Origin: Octopus bimaculoides
Taxonomy: Eukaryota
Reading direction: 5' to 3'
Length of the DNA stretch: 64,000 bases
NCBI RefSeq assembly: GCF_001194135.2
Contig: NC_068992.1
Coordinates: forward strand, 1,494,561 to 1,558,560
In this document: positions 1 through 12,049 of the stretch, piece by piece
How positions within the stretch are numbered: the first letter of the stretch is position 1
Layout: each line of letters starts with the position of its first letter
Program-made: the position numbers and the translations under genes
Notes under the pieces: model-generated
Seen by the model: only the letters and a program-made list of their open reading frames with translations
Told to the model about the DNA's origin: nothing
The model's database searches: none

Positions 1-717
1 ATAGATAGATAGAGATACACTTACACATATATATGTAGAGATGCACACACATTCATATATAGACACTATTGCAGACTATTGACCAAATATTGACAAATGA
101 ATCTGTATTACAACTGCTTTATGATAATACATCTTCATTCATTCCTTTACGTTCCCTTACCAGGCCTAAATGTGGAAGATGTCATTTAAATGTTTCCTGC
201 CATAAAAAACAGAAGAGAAACGCAACTCGAAGAGTTTCAGGTCGATAGACATGCTTTAACTTCTACAACCGACTCTTTTTCTGACTTTTGAATCCTGTTT
301 TAAAATGTCTCTACATGCAGAGACGTACTGCAGGTGGTAATGTTATATGCTAAGTAAGTAAAGTATACTTATATACTAATATAAATAAAAAGTCCTACAT
401 TTTTTGCTACTAAAACTAGTTCCGAAAGATAAGTGAATTCGCAGACGACAGTGGTAAATACTTCAAACCTCTGATATGACTGAAAGTTTATGTTTGAGTT
501 TTACTAACAATAAACAATTTACCTGAAAGAAAACTCATTTGTAGTTTTTTTAGTTTCCATTTGAAGGCTCATAACTGCAGGACCGTGTTCATTGCATATT
601 GTACTAAATCGTAGTTATCTGAAATAACAATGGAGTATTTGAATATGTCACGTTAGTATCTTGATAACCATGTACCTCTTATACATGCATTCTATTGCAT
701 GCATTCTTATACATGCA

Positions 718-760
<43 letters not shown>

Positions 761-917
761 GATGAATTGATATATGTATGTGTATATATATGGATGAAAG
801 GATATATGTATGTGTATATAATGTATATACATACACACATATATTTATATGTTCATATGCACATATATATCATGCATGCAATAGAATGCATGTATATATA
901 TATATATATATATATAT
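718..917. repeat. Compound (CT)n/(TA)n/(TATG) microsatellite
   Basis: Directly visible. Confidence 0.9.
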
Positions 918-1081
918 GAATATATAAAATCCTATGTTTGTATATGAATATAAATGTGCATAGCTATGAGGTTTCACATTGCTAGTTATTTATATTTGTG
1001 AATTCAGATGATATTATGGATGTGCATGCCATACAAAGTATTTACGAACACACTCATATACACACACACATACCTATGCCA

Positions 1082-1140
1082 AGAAAGAGAGAGAGGGAGA
1101 GAGAAAGAAAGGGAGAGGGAGAGAGAAAGAAAGGGAGAGG

Positions 1141-1215
<75 letters not shown>
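1082..1215. repeat. (GA)n polypurine microsatellite
   Basis: Directly visible. Confidence 0.95.
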
Positions 1216-1219
<4 letters not shown>

Positions 1220-2602
1220 AAATAATCTTGTGAATACGTTTAAACATTGCAAGTTTGTATTTTCGATAATCGATTCTATTAAACATCGGTTGAAAGCGAT
1301 ATCAATAGAACAAACAAACAAACAAATAAACAAATACCACAGCGAAACGATGTAGCAGCGGGTCATAATTATATCGGTTCGAGTAATTAGAAGCTTCTGG
1401 AATATGAAAGCGAATATCGGAATTGAATGATATTCAAAATTAGTTAAATAACAAGATGAACTCATTACAATATGTGAAACAGTGTGAATTTAGATTTGCA
1501 AGTCTTCTTTCGTTGCAGTAATTACGATTTCTGACATTGTCACATGACTGTACATTTTGAGCGGCGATATCGTTCATTAAAGTTTGTTTTTTTTCGATTA
1601 TATCGATCCATGTATTTGATTTAAAACAATTTCATCAACTCGATGGAATAAATGGCAAATTGGCCTCGAGTGTGATTAGAACAAAGAACACAAAGGATTA
1701 TTATAATTTTTTTCTTTTATTTTCCTATCTTCGATAACGATGTTCAACTGACAACTTCGTCCATCTTGGATTATATGCAATAATTACAATTATGATATTA
1801 TTTTCTAGGGCTACTCTTCTCTCTCTCTCATTATCATTCTATACATGTGACTGCGTGTGTTTAAGTGCCTATATGTGTATGTATATGTATATTTATATAT
1901 GTATGTATATGTATATATACATACATATATATTCATATATATACACACACACACATATATATGTTGGCCGCTATGAATGTATTATTAAATATACGACAGT
2001 GTCCAAGTTTAATGCTCTCATTTATCGTGACCATTGATATTTTCCTAATAGCTTTATCAGCGCGTTTTAAATAATAACGTTTTAGACGTTAAGCAACGTC
2101 TCTAAAACTACAGGTTTGTATGTTCAAGAACTACATTTAATATATTTGGTGTATGAGTTTCTTTTTGCATACTGATTGAATTCCTGTAACTACTTCTTTT
2201 CCACCATTATTATTGTGCATCAGCAGTCACGTGCTGATGAGCTTATCGCGGTAAAATTTTGATTTCTAGGCAGGTTTGGTGTCAGTAGCCACGTGAGAAT
2301 TGACTGATGTATGTGTTTGCATGTGAATTTGGCATATTCTGATATGAATATTGTTTCCATAATAAACCTGATTCTGTGTCGAATACAACAAATCTTCAGT
2401 AATCATTTTCCAATAGCTCCATGTTGTAAGTGCATGATGAGCCTACGTGAGAGCATTGCATTGGCCTCTACATAAAATATAACAGCCGTGTTAAATTTCA
2501 TACCTTGAAACTAAATTCCGTAGGAAAATACAGGAGGTAAATTCTTTTAAAATTCCACAAAAAAAAAATATAAGATTAATTAGAAAAACTATAATTACAT
2601 CC

Positions 2603-2755
2603 AGTTCTGTATTTAAGAGATGAGGAATTATGTACATTATTTACATTATTTGCACTTGAGGGATATTTGTCCTCATCTTGTTTGTTCGTTAACACAGGGT
2701 TTCGGCTGATATATTCCTCTAGCATTCATCAGGTATCTTGGGGAAATTTTGAACC
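2603..2755 (-). mobile_element. Repeat family F copy 1 (Penelope-like terminal repeat, decayed hammerhead)
   Basis: Aligns by eye over about 150 bp with 3811-3960 (GTTCTGTATTTAAGAGAT...GGATATTTGTCC...TTAACACA..GTTTCGGCTGATATA..TTCATCAGGT.TCTTGGGGAAATTT). Its 5' side is replaced by a family B SINE. Confidence 0.75.
2691..2737 (-). ncRNA. Degenerate minimal hammerhead ribozyme motif
   Basis: Minus strand reads GAUAC CUGAUGA A UGCUA gaggaauauau CAGCC GAAA CC CU GUGUU. The core boxes are intact, but stem II is mismatched and the ACGU palindrome is lost, so it is probably inactive. Confidence 0.35.
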
Positions 2756-2907
2756 TTTCAGGTTCCATGTATCAAATCTACTTACAAGTCTTGGTCGTCT
2801 CGAGGCTACAGCAGAAGACACTTGCCAAGATGTCAAAAAATGGGATCGAACCCGGAACCATGTCATTGGGAGGCAAAGTCCTGAGCACACAGCTACGCTC
2901 GCGCCTA
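2755..2907 (-). mobile_element. tRNA-headed SINE, family B, 5' part
   Basis: Reverse complement GGCGCGAGCGTAGCTGTGTG...ATGGTTCCGGGTTCGATCCC...GGCAAGTGTCTTCTGCTGTAGCCTCG matches the start of 47567-47935. Confidence 0.75.
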
Positions 2908-3810
2908 TGTGTTTTAATAATAATTTGCTCCCTAATTAATTTAATTTTGGATTTAGCAATCTGTTTTATCTTATTAATATTCAGTATTACCCAATCGACT
3001 CTTAGATCTGCCTAACACAAGCTGGCGGCGAGGAACCATTCGCTGAATCTTGGCTGATTAGACGTAAAACATCTGCTTCATCGTTTATTACAACGTGGGT
3101 GACTGATATATATATTATCTGTTTTATTTTATTGCCATCTATCAGAGAAACGCATTGATCCATGTCTTTTGCGGCCTGATATAAGCAGCGAATTCAACGC
3201 AAATGTTCCCGTGGAATTGATTAGACGGCTGCCGAGAATAATAGGGAGAATATTATTTCAGTGGATCGATATCGAAAGGAGCTGGGACTGACCGTAACTG
3301 TTAGAGCGGATGCTTCTATATATATGATATGGGTAAGTAAAAGAAATGGAATATAGTGTGTTGGGATGTGAGAGTGGTTTTCACAAAGCCAATAAAATAA
3401 TATATAAAAAAAAAAGCAAAAAGCATATACAGTATGAACATGGACGTGAGTTAGGTATGAGAAATGTTTATTTACATGGAGCCTCCTGAAGTTTATGAAA
3501 TCGATTTTCTGCATCACAACCGGCATCTTATGATTGATACTTTATTTGGCAAAAATATATATGATTTTGAAAGTGAACATAATTTATTCATTTTATCATA
3601 TGTAAAACAAGTTAAGGTGAAAAAAAAATAAATAAATGTATAATGCCATTCATTTTTATTCCTTTCCTCTCTCACACCGGAATAAAAGATATATACCCCA
3701 TGGGATTCAAATTTGGATTGATTTCAATCTACCTGATAAATATTTCGTCATATTTCACTTTGTTTATAGAAATATAACAAGGTAGTATTGATTACATTGG
3801 AGTCTTATAT

Positions 3811-4043
3811 TGTTCTGTATTTAAGAGATAAAGAATTATGTGCATAATTTACATTATTTACATTTGACGGATATTTGTCCGCATCTTGTTTTTTGTTAAC
3901 ACAACGTTTCGGCTGATATACCCTCCAGTCTTCATCAGGTGTCTTGGGGAAATTTCGAACCTGGGTTCTCATTCCTAATGTATTTTCGATGTTGTTGTTG
4001 TTATTATCATTATTATTATTATTATTATTATTATTGTTATTCA
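3811..4043 (-). mobile_element. Repeat family F copy 2 (Penelope-like terminal repeat with hammerhead); 5' end lost in gap
   Basis: Second, better preserved copy of 2603-2755. It continues through a (TTA)n/(TTG)n tract into the N-gap at 4044. Confidence 0.8.
3898..3943 (-). ncRNA. Minimal type I hammerhead ribozyme motif (GUU cleavage triplet, palindromic stem III)
   Basis: Minus strand reads GACAC CUGAUGA A GACUG gaggguauau CAGCC GAAA CG UU GUGUU. Stem I is GACAC/GUGUU (5 bp), stem II has 4 of 5 pairs, all core nucleotides are present, and stem III is only the ACGU palindrome. Confidence 0.6.
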
Positions 4044-4968
4044 NNNNNNNNNNNNNNNNNNNNNNNNNNNNNNNNNNNNNNNNNNNNNNNNNNNNNNNNN
4101 NNNNNNNNNNNNNNNNNNNNNNNNNNNNNNNNNNNNNNNNNNNNNNNNNNNNNNNNNNNNNNNNNNNNNNNNNNNNNNNNNNNNNNNNNNNNNNNNNNNN
4201 NNNNNNNNNNNNNNNNNNNNNNNNNNNNNNNNNNNNNNNNNNNNNNNNNNNNNNNNNNNNNNNNNNNNNNNNNNNNNNNNNNNNNNNNNNNNNNNNNNNN
4301 NNNNNNNNNNNNNNNNNNNNNNNNNNNNNNNNNNNNNNNNNNNNNNNNNNNNNNNNNNNNNNNNNNNNNNNNNNNNNNNNNNNNNNNNNNNNNNNNNNNN
4401 NNNNNNNNNNNNNNNNNNNNNNNNNNNNNNNNNNNNNNNNNNNNNNNNNNNNNNNNNNNNNNNNNNNNNNNNNNNNNNNNNNNNNNNNNNNNNNNNNNNN
4501 NNNNNNNNNNNNNNNNNNNNNNNNNNNNNNNNNNNNNNNNNNNNNNNNNNNNNNNNNNNNNNNNNNNNNNNNNNNNNNNNNNNNNNNNNNNNNNNNNNNN
4601 NNNNNNNNNNNNNNNNNNNNNNNNNNNNNNNNNNNNNNNNNNNNNNNNNNNNNNNNNNNNNNNNNNNNNNNNNNNNNNNNNNNNNNNNNNNNNNNNNNNN
4701 NNNNNNNNNNNNNNNNNNNNNNNNNNNNNNNNNNNNNNNNNNNNNNNNNNNNNNNNNNNNNNNNNNNNNNNNNNNNNNNNNNNNNNNNNNNNNNNNNNNN
4801 NNNNNNNNNNNNNNNNNNNNNNNNNNNNNNNNNNNNNNNNNNNNNNNNNNNNNNNNNNNNNNNNNNNNNNNNNNNNNNNNNNNNNNNNNNNNNNNNNNNN
4901 NNNNNNNNNNNNNNNNNNNNNNNNNNNNNNNNNNNNNNNNNNNNNNNNNNNNNNNNNNNNNNNNNNNN
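4044..4968. other. Assembly gap (largest of 13 N-runs)
   Basis: Other gaps: 12050-12175, 18662-19123, 21989-22115, 23902-24315, 31521-31530, 35060-35335, 43355-43523, 46049-46345, 50698-51167, 51909-52610, 54964-55110, 56100-56272. Confidence 1.
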
Positions 4969-4980
4969 CATTTACTATTT

Positions 4981-5054
<74 letters not shown>

Positions 5055-8000
5055 ATATTTCTGTCTTTGCTTGACCCACCCACTGTCACTTGACAACATT
5101 TTTTTCCTATCCTTCAAATTGGTGTGCAATTCCTACAACATTTTTAGTTGTAATGTAGTCACTTGCCAGACTTGATTGAGCATATCTTAACTCAAATACT
5201 CTCTACATTCGATCATCATTTCTCTACATCAGTTTTCCATATTTGCGAGAAACGTGATTGGTATTTCTAGTAAGTAAATTAACTGCGTGAGGTACGAGAC
5301 AATGCCTTGCGGCTGCCATTCTTTCCGTTTGCGTGCAGTGAGACATAATTCCCTAAAAAATATTAGGTAGCAAAACAATCTGAGGAATCCGTATTTGAAT
5401 CTGATTAAGTCAACGTATGTTATTGGGTAAATTTTAAAGTTTATTTACTGAAACACAATTTTATAGATTTGATGTTTAATTTTGCATCATGTATCACTTG
5501 GAAATATATTCTCACAACTTCAGCTCGGCTGATAATCAAGATTTTTGGTTACCACTTCTCTCGTATGATTGCATATCAGGTTTGTCGTGCGTAATCACCA
5601 TGTGCTACGGATAACGAGTGCGTTGCAACTGATTTTGTCTGCATATTGATAGCAACGTGTTCCGTGTCGCTTATTTGAAAGTATATTTGTTTTGAAACAT
5701 TCCACATACTTATATTTATCACAGATTTCTGTGCTACAGAATGTATGATAAACATTATTTTTCACCAAACCGTGATTCCTTAAATGTGTGATTTATATCT
5801 TTGAAAATGTTGTTTATAACAATTGTCACCTACTTGCAAATTACTGCTGTAATGTTATCTCGCTAAGTAGAAAGTAATGTAGTTTTTTATATATTTTTTC
5901 ACGAATACTATATTATAGTTTCCACCATTTTATCATTCTTTATTTGCATTGCCTTTAGCAGACACAGATTGAAAATATTGTCTTCCACATTCCAACTAAA
6001 CAAATACATGCTAATATAAGGTAAACCAACCCAGAGCAAATCACACCATACGGCGAGACTAAAAATGTTAATCAATAAACGCATCATTTACTTAGGAAAG
6101 AAGAAAGTAACACGTGTATTCAAACAAGTCAATTCAGCAACTACCTCAAGTACTTAAGAGACAGACATTCAGATGCACTCTGTGGTAAGCAATGATGAGT
6201 AGCACATATAAGTCAAAGGTAAACAGTTAAAATATACGACAATTGTCTGAGCAAACAATGCACTTTCCTTTCTTACACGTAGCATTTTGTATTGATTTTC
6301 ATTCGGTCTGATCTTGAGGCTACAAATGTATAAAGAAATGGGATATAATCACGTTTTCCTAAGGCGAGAGAACTGTAGGGGTGTTGAAACAGCGTTAGCT
6401 AGGAATCGAAACAGTGTCTAACTCTATTAAGAATTTGCTTATTTTCAAACAAAAGTAAGATATAGGTTTCCACATTAAATAGCTTATGTGGCCTTAATGC
6501 ATTTGTTATATATATGTAAGTGAAGAATGTTGTTTAAAGGAGGAGTTGAAACTAAACTAGACAAGATTGCAGTTGACTGGAAAAGTTCTACTGTTTAGTA
6601 GTTTCTATTCCACTTTATGAAATATTACTACGTTGCCACAGAAATAAGCTATTTGTGGTATTTGTTGAATTATGTAATCCTGTATACTAATGAAATGTTA
6701 TTTATCGACTTCAAATGAAGGGAAATTGGGATTAGAACTGGGACTAGAATTAAGGTTCCAGGATTTATGTCGTCAGGCTCTCAACTTCACCAAAAGAGAA
6801 ATTTTATGCATGTAAATCAAGTGTTATGACGGAAGAACACCAACGTTTTTTAGGATAAATATACAATTTTCCCTCAGCAAGTAAATTACATTTGACCGTA
6901 AAGTATTTTCGCCTTTTACCTGCTCATTCCATTTATTGAAAAATAAATAAATCCATATGAAATGTGTGACTCAGTCGTATATATCAACAACGACTAAGTG
7001 ACAATGAGTATGAGGCATCGAACGATTGGTTTGATCGGCTAGAAAGAGCAAACAAACTCTTCTACTAATGCAGCTAATACGAGACGTTCCTGGTCGAAAT
7101 ATGATTGATCAAAGGCCTCTCGAATCAAGCCAGACATAGGGTTAAATATTACCATCAAGATTTCAGTGACTGTTTATATAGAATTTTTACAGCTTAATCC
7201 CATATATATTTGCACACCACAAGTAAAATATTTCAAGGTAAATGTTCACAAGCTTTCAATATGTCGTTACAAATTATATTTGCCTTTCTTCATGATTCTT
7301 CTTGTATTACGCTGCTTTCTAACATTATTGTCTATTTTTTCTCATTCTTTTCATTGTCTAGCTAAATTCTTCCCTATAAATATGATATTTTATATGAATT
7401 ATCCGATTAAAATTCTAAACGCTGTGCATAAATATATAGTTTCCTGTGTTTTGCTATACATGATATATATTTCATTTAAATAGTTCCTTCCGCAACAAAA
7501 ATTTGATAACAAAGAAAGGAAAACTGTGAGAAGATACGTTAATTTGCTCAGAACGTTACAGCACTTATACTTAAACACATAAAGTTCAAAGTGTCTTTCG
7601 GAAAAATTTATTAGAAGTCAACCTATTCCATTTATTAATATACATTCAAAGGATATTTTCCATTTGATATTGTTCTTTGTAATTGGACGAAAGGAAGACT
7701 ACAGCGAAATATCAATGGAAATATATTGTGTCTTTCTCTAATATGATTTATAAGGAGTTATTCTGTCTACTTGAATGAGGCAAGACAGTTCCGAAAACAT
7801 TTAGAAGCCCATGAACATTGTTCGGATTGATTCAAATATTTTCTTTAAATATGTTTATAGTTTCCTACAGCTCTTACGATAATATCAATGTATTCTAAGC
7901 AATAGCATCATGGCTGCCGAATATACCTCAGTGGAGTAATTAGTAAACTAAATGCACTTTAGTATAAGGTCTCATGGAAATAATATAGAAAGTAAAATAT

Positions 8001-8544
8001 TTGGAATAACTGAGATTATTGAACAATTATTGGAAAGATCTCCTTCAAGTGGTGTATTAAGTCAAGAATCAACACACTTTGGAGATAACTTCTACGATTG
8101 GACTATAGATATTTTTTTCTGGTAAAATAAAGATAACTCAAGTAGAGTTAGATGTTGTCTTTATATCCAAGAATGAGTTTTGCTATTATTAGACATCTTC
8201 TGCAAAGCATTATTGTACACAATACAAAAGACGAGGTAGTGTCAAAGGTGATAGCACTTCGGATAGAATGCATTGCAAGATTTGTTCAGTCATACAGGAA
8301 TCGGTGTTCAAATCTGGTCGACGCAGCTGCTACATTTGATCACACTGTACTGGACAAAGAACCAGATTTGTATTGAGTTTGATATTTCCACTATGTCCGT
8401 CATATTTCATTTCTCTCTTTTTGTCTCAAACTCGTGACTAGTTAGACCAGGGGATAGATAGATTATGACAATCTTCAAATAGCTGAAACACTCCCCAACC
8501 AATACGGTGGAGGAATAATATGATAATATCAAAGAAAGGTTTCT

Positions 8545-8740
8545 GTCTATCTCTATATCTTTCTATATATCTTTCTATGTATGTATGTATGTATGTATGT
8601 ATGTATGTATATATGTATGTATGCATGTGTGTATGTATGTATGTATATATGTATGTATGCATGTATGTATGTATGTATGTATATATGTATGTATGCATGT
8701 ATGTATGTATGTATGTATGTATCTATCTATCTATCTATTT
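8545..8740. repeat. (TATC)/(TATG)n microsatellite with a 36-bp higher-order period
   Basis: Directly visible; the ORF track shows a 12-aa repeat ([11 protein letters not shown]). Confidence 0.9.
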
Positions 8741-8745
8741 AGCTA

Positions 8746-9712
8746 CGTGGGTGGGATGAAACGTTCTTAACCTGACGATTAGGGAGTGATGCTGCGTGCA
8801 TTAATTTGAGCCCTTCTTATTAATACCTGGATTGTTTTCGCCAGGTAAACTGGCATCTGATTGTTCAAAGAACACTTCAAAAGTAACTAGTAGAGACTCT
8901 TCTTGGAAATGAAGAAATTGGTATCTCGGTGTGATCAGGTAGCTACCGAAAATGGTTTATTTCGCAAGGACATTCATACTGCCATGGTTACTATATTAGA
9001 TGATGATCAACGTTGCAAAAGTTGGGCAGCTGAATTTATGATGCGAAGGGAAAGACTTTATAGGTAGCTCAAGTTTTGCACGTGCTGCAACTGCCACCAC
9101 CAAGGAAATATTTATCGTGCACGCAACCTACAGATGGATGATAGGCGATTGACTATAAATTAAATCAAGTGAAATAGTTTTATTTATTATCTTTATTAAG
9201 TCAAGTGAAATGTGTTTATTGATTATCTACAAACGTGTCAGTCATTCAACGCAGAGTGCAATGCCAATTTGCTGAGGCAGTTACGAAAGGCTATGAAGAA
9301 TAAATGCTCAGGGAAAGTGACGAAATGCGTCGTCTCATCCGGAAAATTCTCCAACATACAAGTCCTTCGTTTCAACGGTTGATGTGTGTGACTGTTGCTC
9401 TGAGCTGGTTGATCGGACTCCTTGTTCTAATGAGTTGGCTGCATCTGACTATCTTCTGTTACCCAACGTGAAATGAACACTTGACTGAGAAGCAGTGTCA
9501 CAGTGACCATCACGTCATATCTGCTGTCAATGGCTTTCCTTTTTTTCTTTTTACCAAAAAGAAGAAAACTCCTTCACTAGTTGAATCGAAGCAATGCTGC
9601 ATCGGTCGAAGAAATGTGTGAACAGCAAAGGGGACTATGCTGAAAACAACTCATTTGGTCACATTCCACGTGAGTATCTTGGTAAGACGATGAACTTATC
9701 ACCCGACACCTG
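8746..9712 (+). mobile_element. Mariner (Tc1/mariner) relic, internally deleted, with both degenerate TIRs and TA flanks
   Basis: Broken frames give KDIHTAMV..KSWAAEF, MDDRRLTIN, LLRQLRKAMK, a decayed YSPDLAP-SDY-like motif and HRSKKCVNSKGDY. Left end TA-CGTGGGTGGGATGAAACGTTCTT and right end (reverse complement) TA-CAGGTGTCGGGTGATAAGTTCAT match at about 21 of 33 positions. TA at 8744-45 and 9713-14. Confidence 0.9.
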
Positions 9713-9753
9713 TATTTATGTATGGATGTGTGTATATGTGTGTGTGCATACAA

Positions 9754-9756
<3 letters not shown>

Positions 9757-9820
<64 letters not shown>

Positions 9821-9840
9821 TACATACATACATACATACA

Positions 9841-9873
<33 letters not shown>
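9757..9873. repeat. (TA)n(TACA)n microsatellite
   Basis: Directly visible. Confidence 0.95.
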
Positions 9874-9874
<1 letters not shown>

Positions 9875-10779
9875 AGTTTGTGTGTGTAGGTGTAGTGATT
9901 TCTGTGACGTTTATTAGCTATAATGAAATCGATATATAAGAAAAACCATGGCATTTCTGATATTTTGCCAGGTACCGTGATCATTTTGCTCTCATGTGTT
10001 ATGTAGAATCATTTATCTTTACTCGTTTGTTATGGTTGCTCTAAAATCAAAAAGAAAAAAAAAGGTAAATGCAAAAGGAGCGATGAACGTTTGGTGTGAT
10101 CAGAAATAAAGGTAGAATTTATCTGATGCAAGAAGCCCTAAATCTAACAACAGCTTTGTGGAATTACATTAATGTTTGTTCAACTAGTACTCAACATGAA
10201 GCAACATATGATCCAAAGACAAAATGTCTGAGGTACTTCAGTCATACCAAAAATTTCTTGGAAACGTATGTCGTCGTACTTTTCTATGACACGTTTAATC
10301 AATGTTTAACACTTGATATACATTTCAGTTCATCAATAATGTTAAAACTATGTGAAATGCATAAATAAATATGTGTGCATTTTTCTTTATATCTCTTAAC
10401 TCTTTAAAATTCCATTTTTCATATTTCCGTCTTAGTTTTGTTAACACTTGGTTTCGAACAAAAGGGATTCCTTGCGTTCACGATCTTACTTTAACGAATT
10501 AAATATAGTTGGCATCTGAGCTCTTTCTTGTATGCTATTTAAATTCGTGTGATATGAGTGTGGCATGCTAGTAGTTAGATGAAGTACTCACTTTTGAAAT
10601 TTCCTTCTGTGGTGAGAAGTGTATTGTTGTGCGTGTCACGTGAGACCACATGAGGGTTTTGTATTGCCCTGTCCAGTGCAACAACAAGTGTTCTGACGTT
10701 GGAAGTTTTTCGTTTTACAGTCAAATTTATATCATGTTTGCCATCACCAGTCTGTTCGTTACCTTAGAAGGTTAAGAAA

Positions 10780-10870
10780 GGCGGTGAGCTGGTAGAATCC
10801 GTAGCACACCGAGCGAGATCCTTAGCAGCAGTTCGTCTATCATCACGTTGTAAGTTCAAATTCTGCTCGA
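10780..10870 (+). mobile_element. SINE family A, 5' fragment
   Basis: GGCGGTGAGCTGGTAGAATCCGTAGCAC...AGTTCAAATTCTGC matches the head of 33769-33983. Confidence 0.7.
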
Positions 10871-12011
10871 ATTACACCAGTGTCGCACCAGGCAAGTGAC
10901 ACATACGCTACAAAAAAAAAAAAACCCCCAAAAAAACGACTTGGAACTCATCCTATGAGGTTATATTACTCCGGAAGGATCTTCATTCTTTTTTTATTAT
11001 CAGCTAATTTAACCCTTTCAGGAGTGGTTCACGTATGGGAATGCATTTAGTTGTATGTAGTTGTAAACAAATTTACATGGACATGACGTGGAGTGAACAA
11101 TCTGTAGTTAATTGGTCACTATGAAATGGAGACGCAATGCAAATGTATATTTGTTTGAAATTCTTAGAGCTGTCATATAAGTACGGACTGAATGAAACGT
11201 TTACTTACCATCCTAAATATACGCAATATCATAAAACACGTAATAATATTTAACAGATAACCAAATAGTAAACATATTTATTGCAAGCCAAAGTAAAAGA
11301 GCAAAGGAAACTGGAGGGAAAGCTAACAAAAAAATAAGGGAAAATATAAAAACATATTTAAAAAATGCTAAAATAAGAACTGAGAGAAATGAAATCTTGA
11401 TAAATCTAAAGAGCAAACGAAAAAAATGTCTTCTTAATATTCATATTTTTCTTGTCTTCTACGCTGTCACAGCAAGCAGTCAGTATATATTGTATGAGAA
11501 AGTCTCCGCATCTCCTATGAAGACTGGGAAAAGTAAAATGCCTTTATGTATCATTTTAAAACTACTACCGTTAATGATGTCTTTTGTCGTGATCAAAGCA
11601 CCTAATTAAGTAGCATTAGACACTCTCTATTTTTAGCACCTATCGTATCATTTCTTTCTTTATTATTCGGTCTGTGGGATAGCTTATACAATAAAAAACT
11701 AAAATGATCGTTTTTTTATTCTGTTACGTTTTTTTTTTAAATTTGTAAGAATCTTTTTTAAATGGGCGGTTTCTGTTATTTCATTGCAATATTATTTCCT
11801 TCTCTAAATATTAAGTTTTCTTCGAAATAGTGTCTTTATTATATTTTCGTTTGGTGTTCACAATCTTTTTCAAACTACATAAAAATTATTTTACTTTTTT
11901 AAATTATATAATAGTTTTTCACCAAAAATATGTAAGAATATTTAAACACGGCCTTCTGATACAAGTTGTAATTAGTCTAAAAGTCACTTTCTAGAACCAA
12001 AAGGATACTGC

Positions 12012-12049
<38 letters not shown>

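Noticed and set aside
695-1465. ORFs rich in RE, SL, YI, HT, CV and poly-amino-acid runs here and throughout
   Set aside because: Translations of di-, tri- and tetranucleotide microsatellites.
2218-2300. 8-bp hairpin CATCAGCA/TGCTGATG and two CACGTG E-boxes
   Set aside because: CACGTG occurs more than a dozen times in the window, no GAAA follows the CTGATGA, and there is no linked gene.
3805-5093. Long ORFs of 350-388 aa, and all other X-rich ORFs
   Set aside because: They are open only because they cross N-gaps.
6192-6250. ATGATGA...CTGA box C/D snoRNA-like pair
   Set aside because: Only a 2-bp terminal stem, no recognisable guide, and the boxes are common by chance.
8152-8376. 74-aa plus ORF just upstream of the mariner
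   Set aside because: No recognisable motif, and it lies outside the TIR-bounded element.
10721-10770. 50-nt exon-like segment (QIYIMFAITSLFVTLE)
   Set aside because: Too short to distinguish from chance, and its phase does not join the 6096-6184 candidate.
11213-11416. Very hydrophobic 67-aa minus ORF
   Set aside because: Explained by the A-rich plus strand; no ATG context or splice support.
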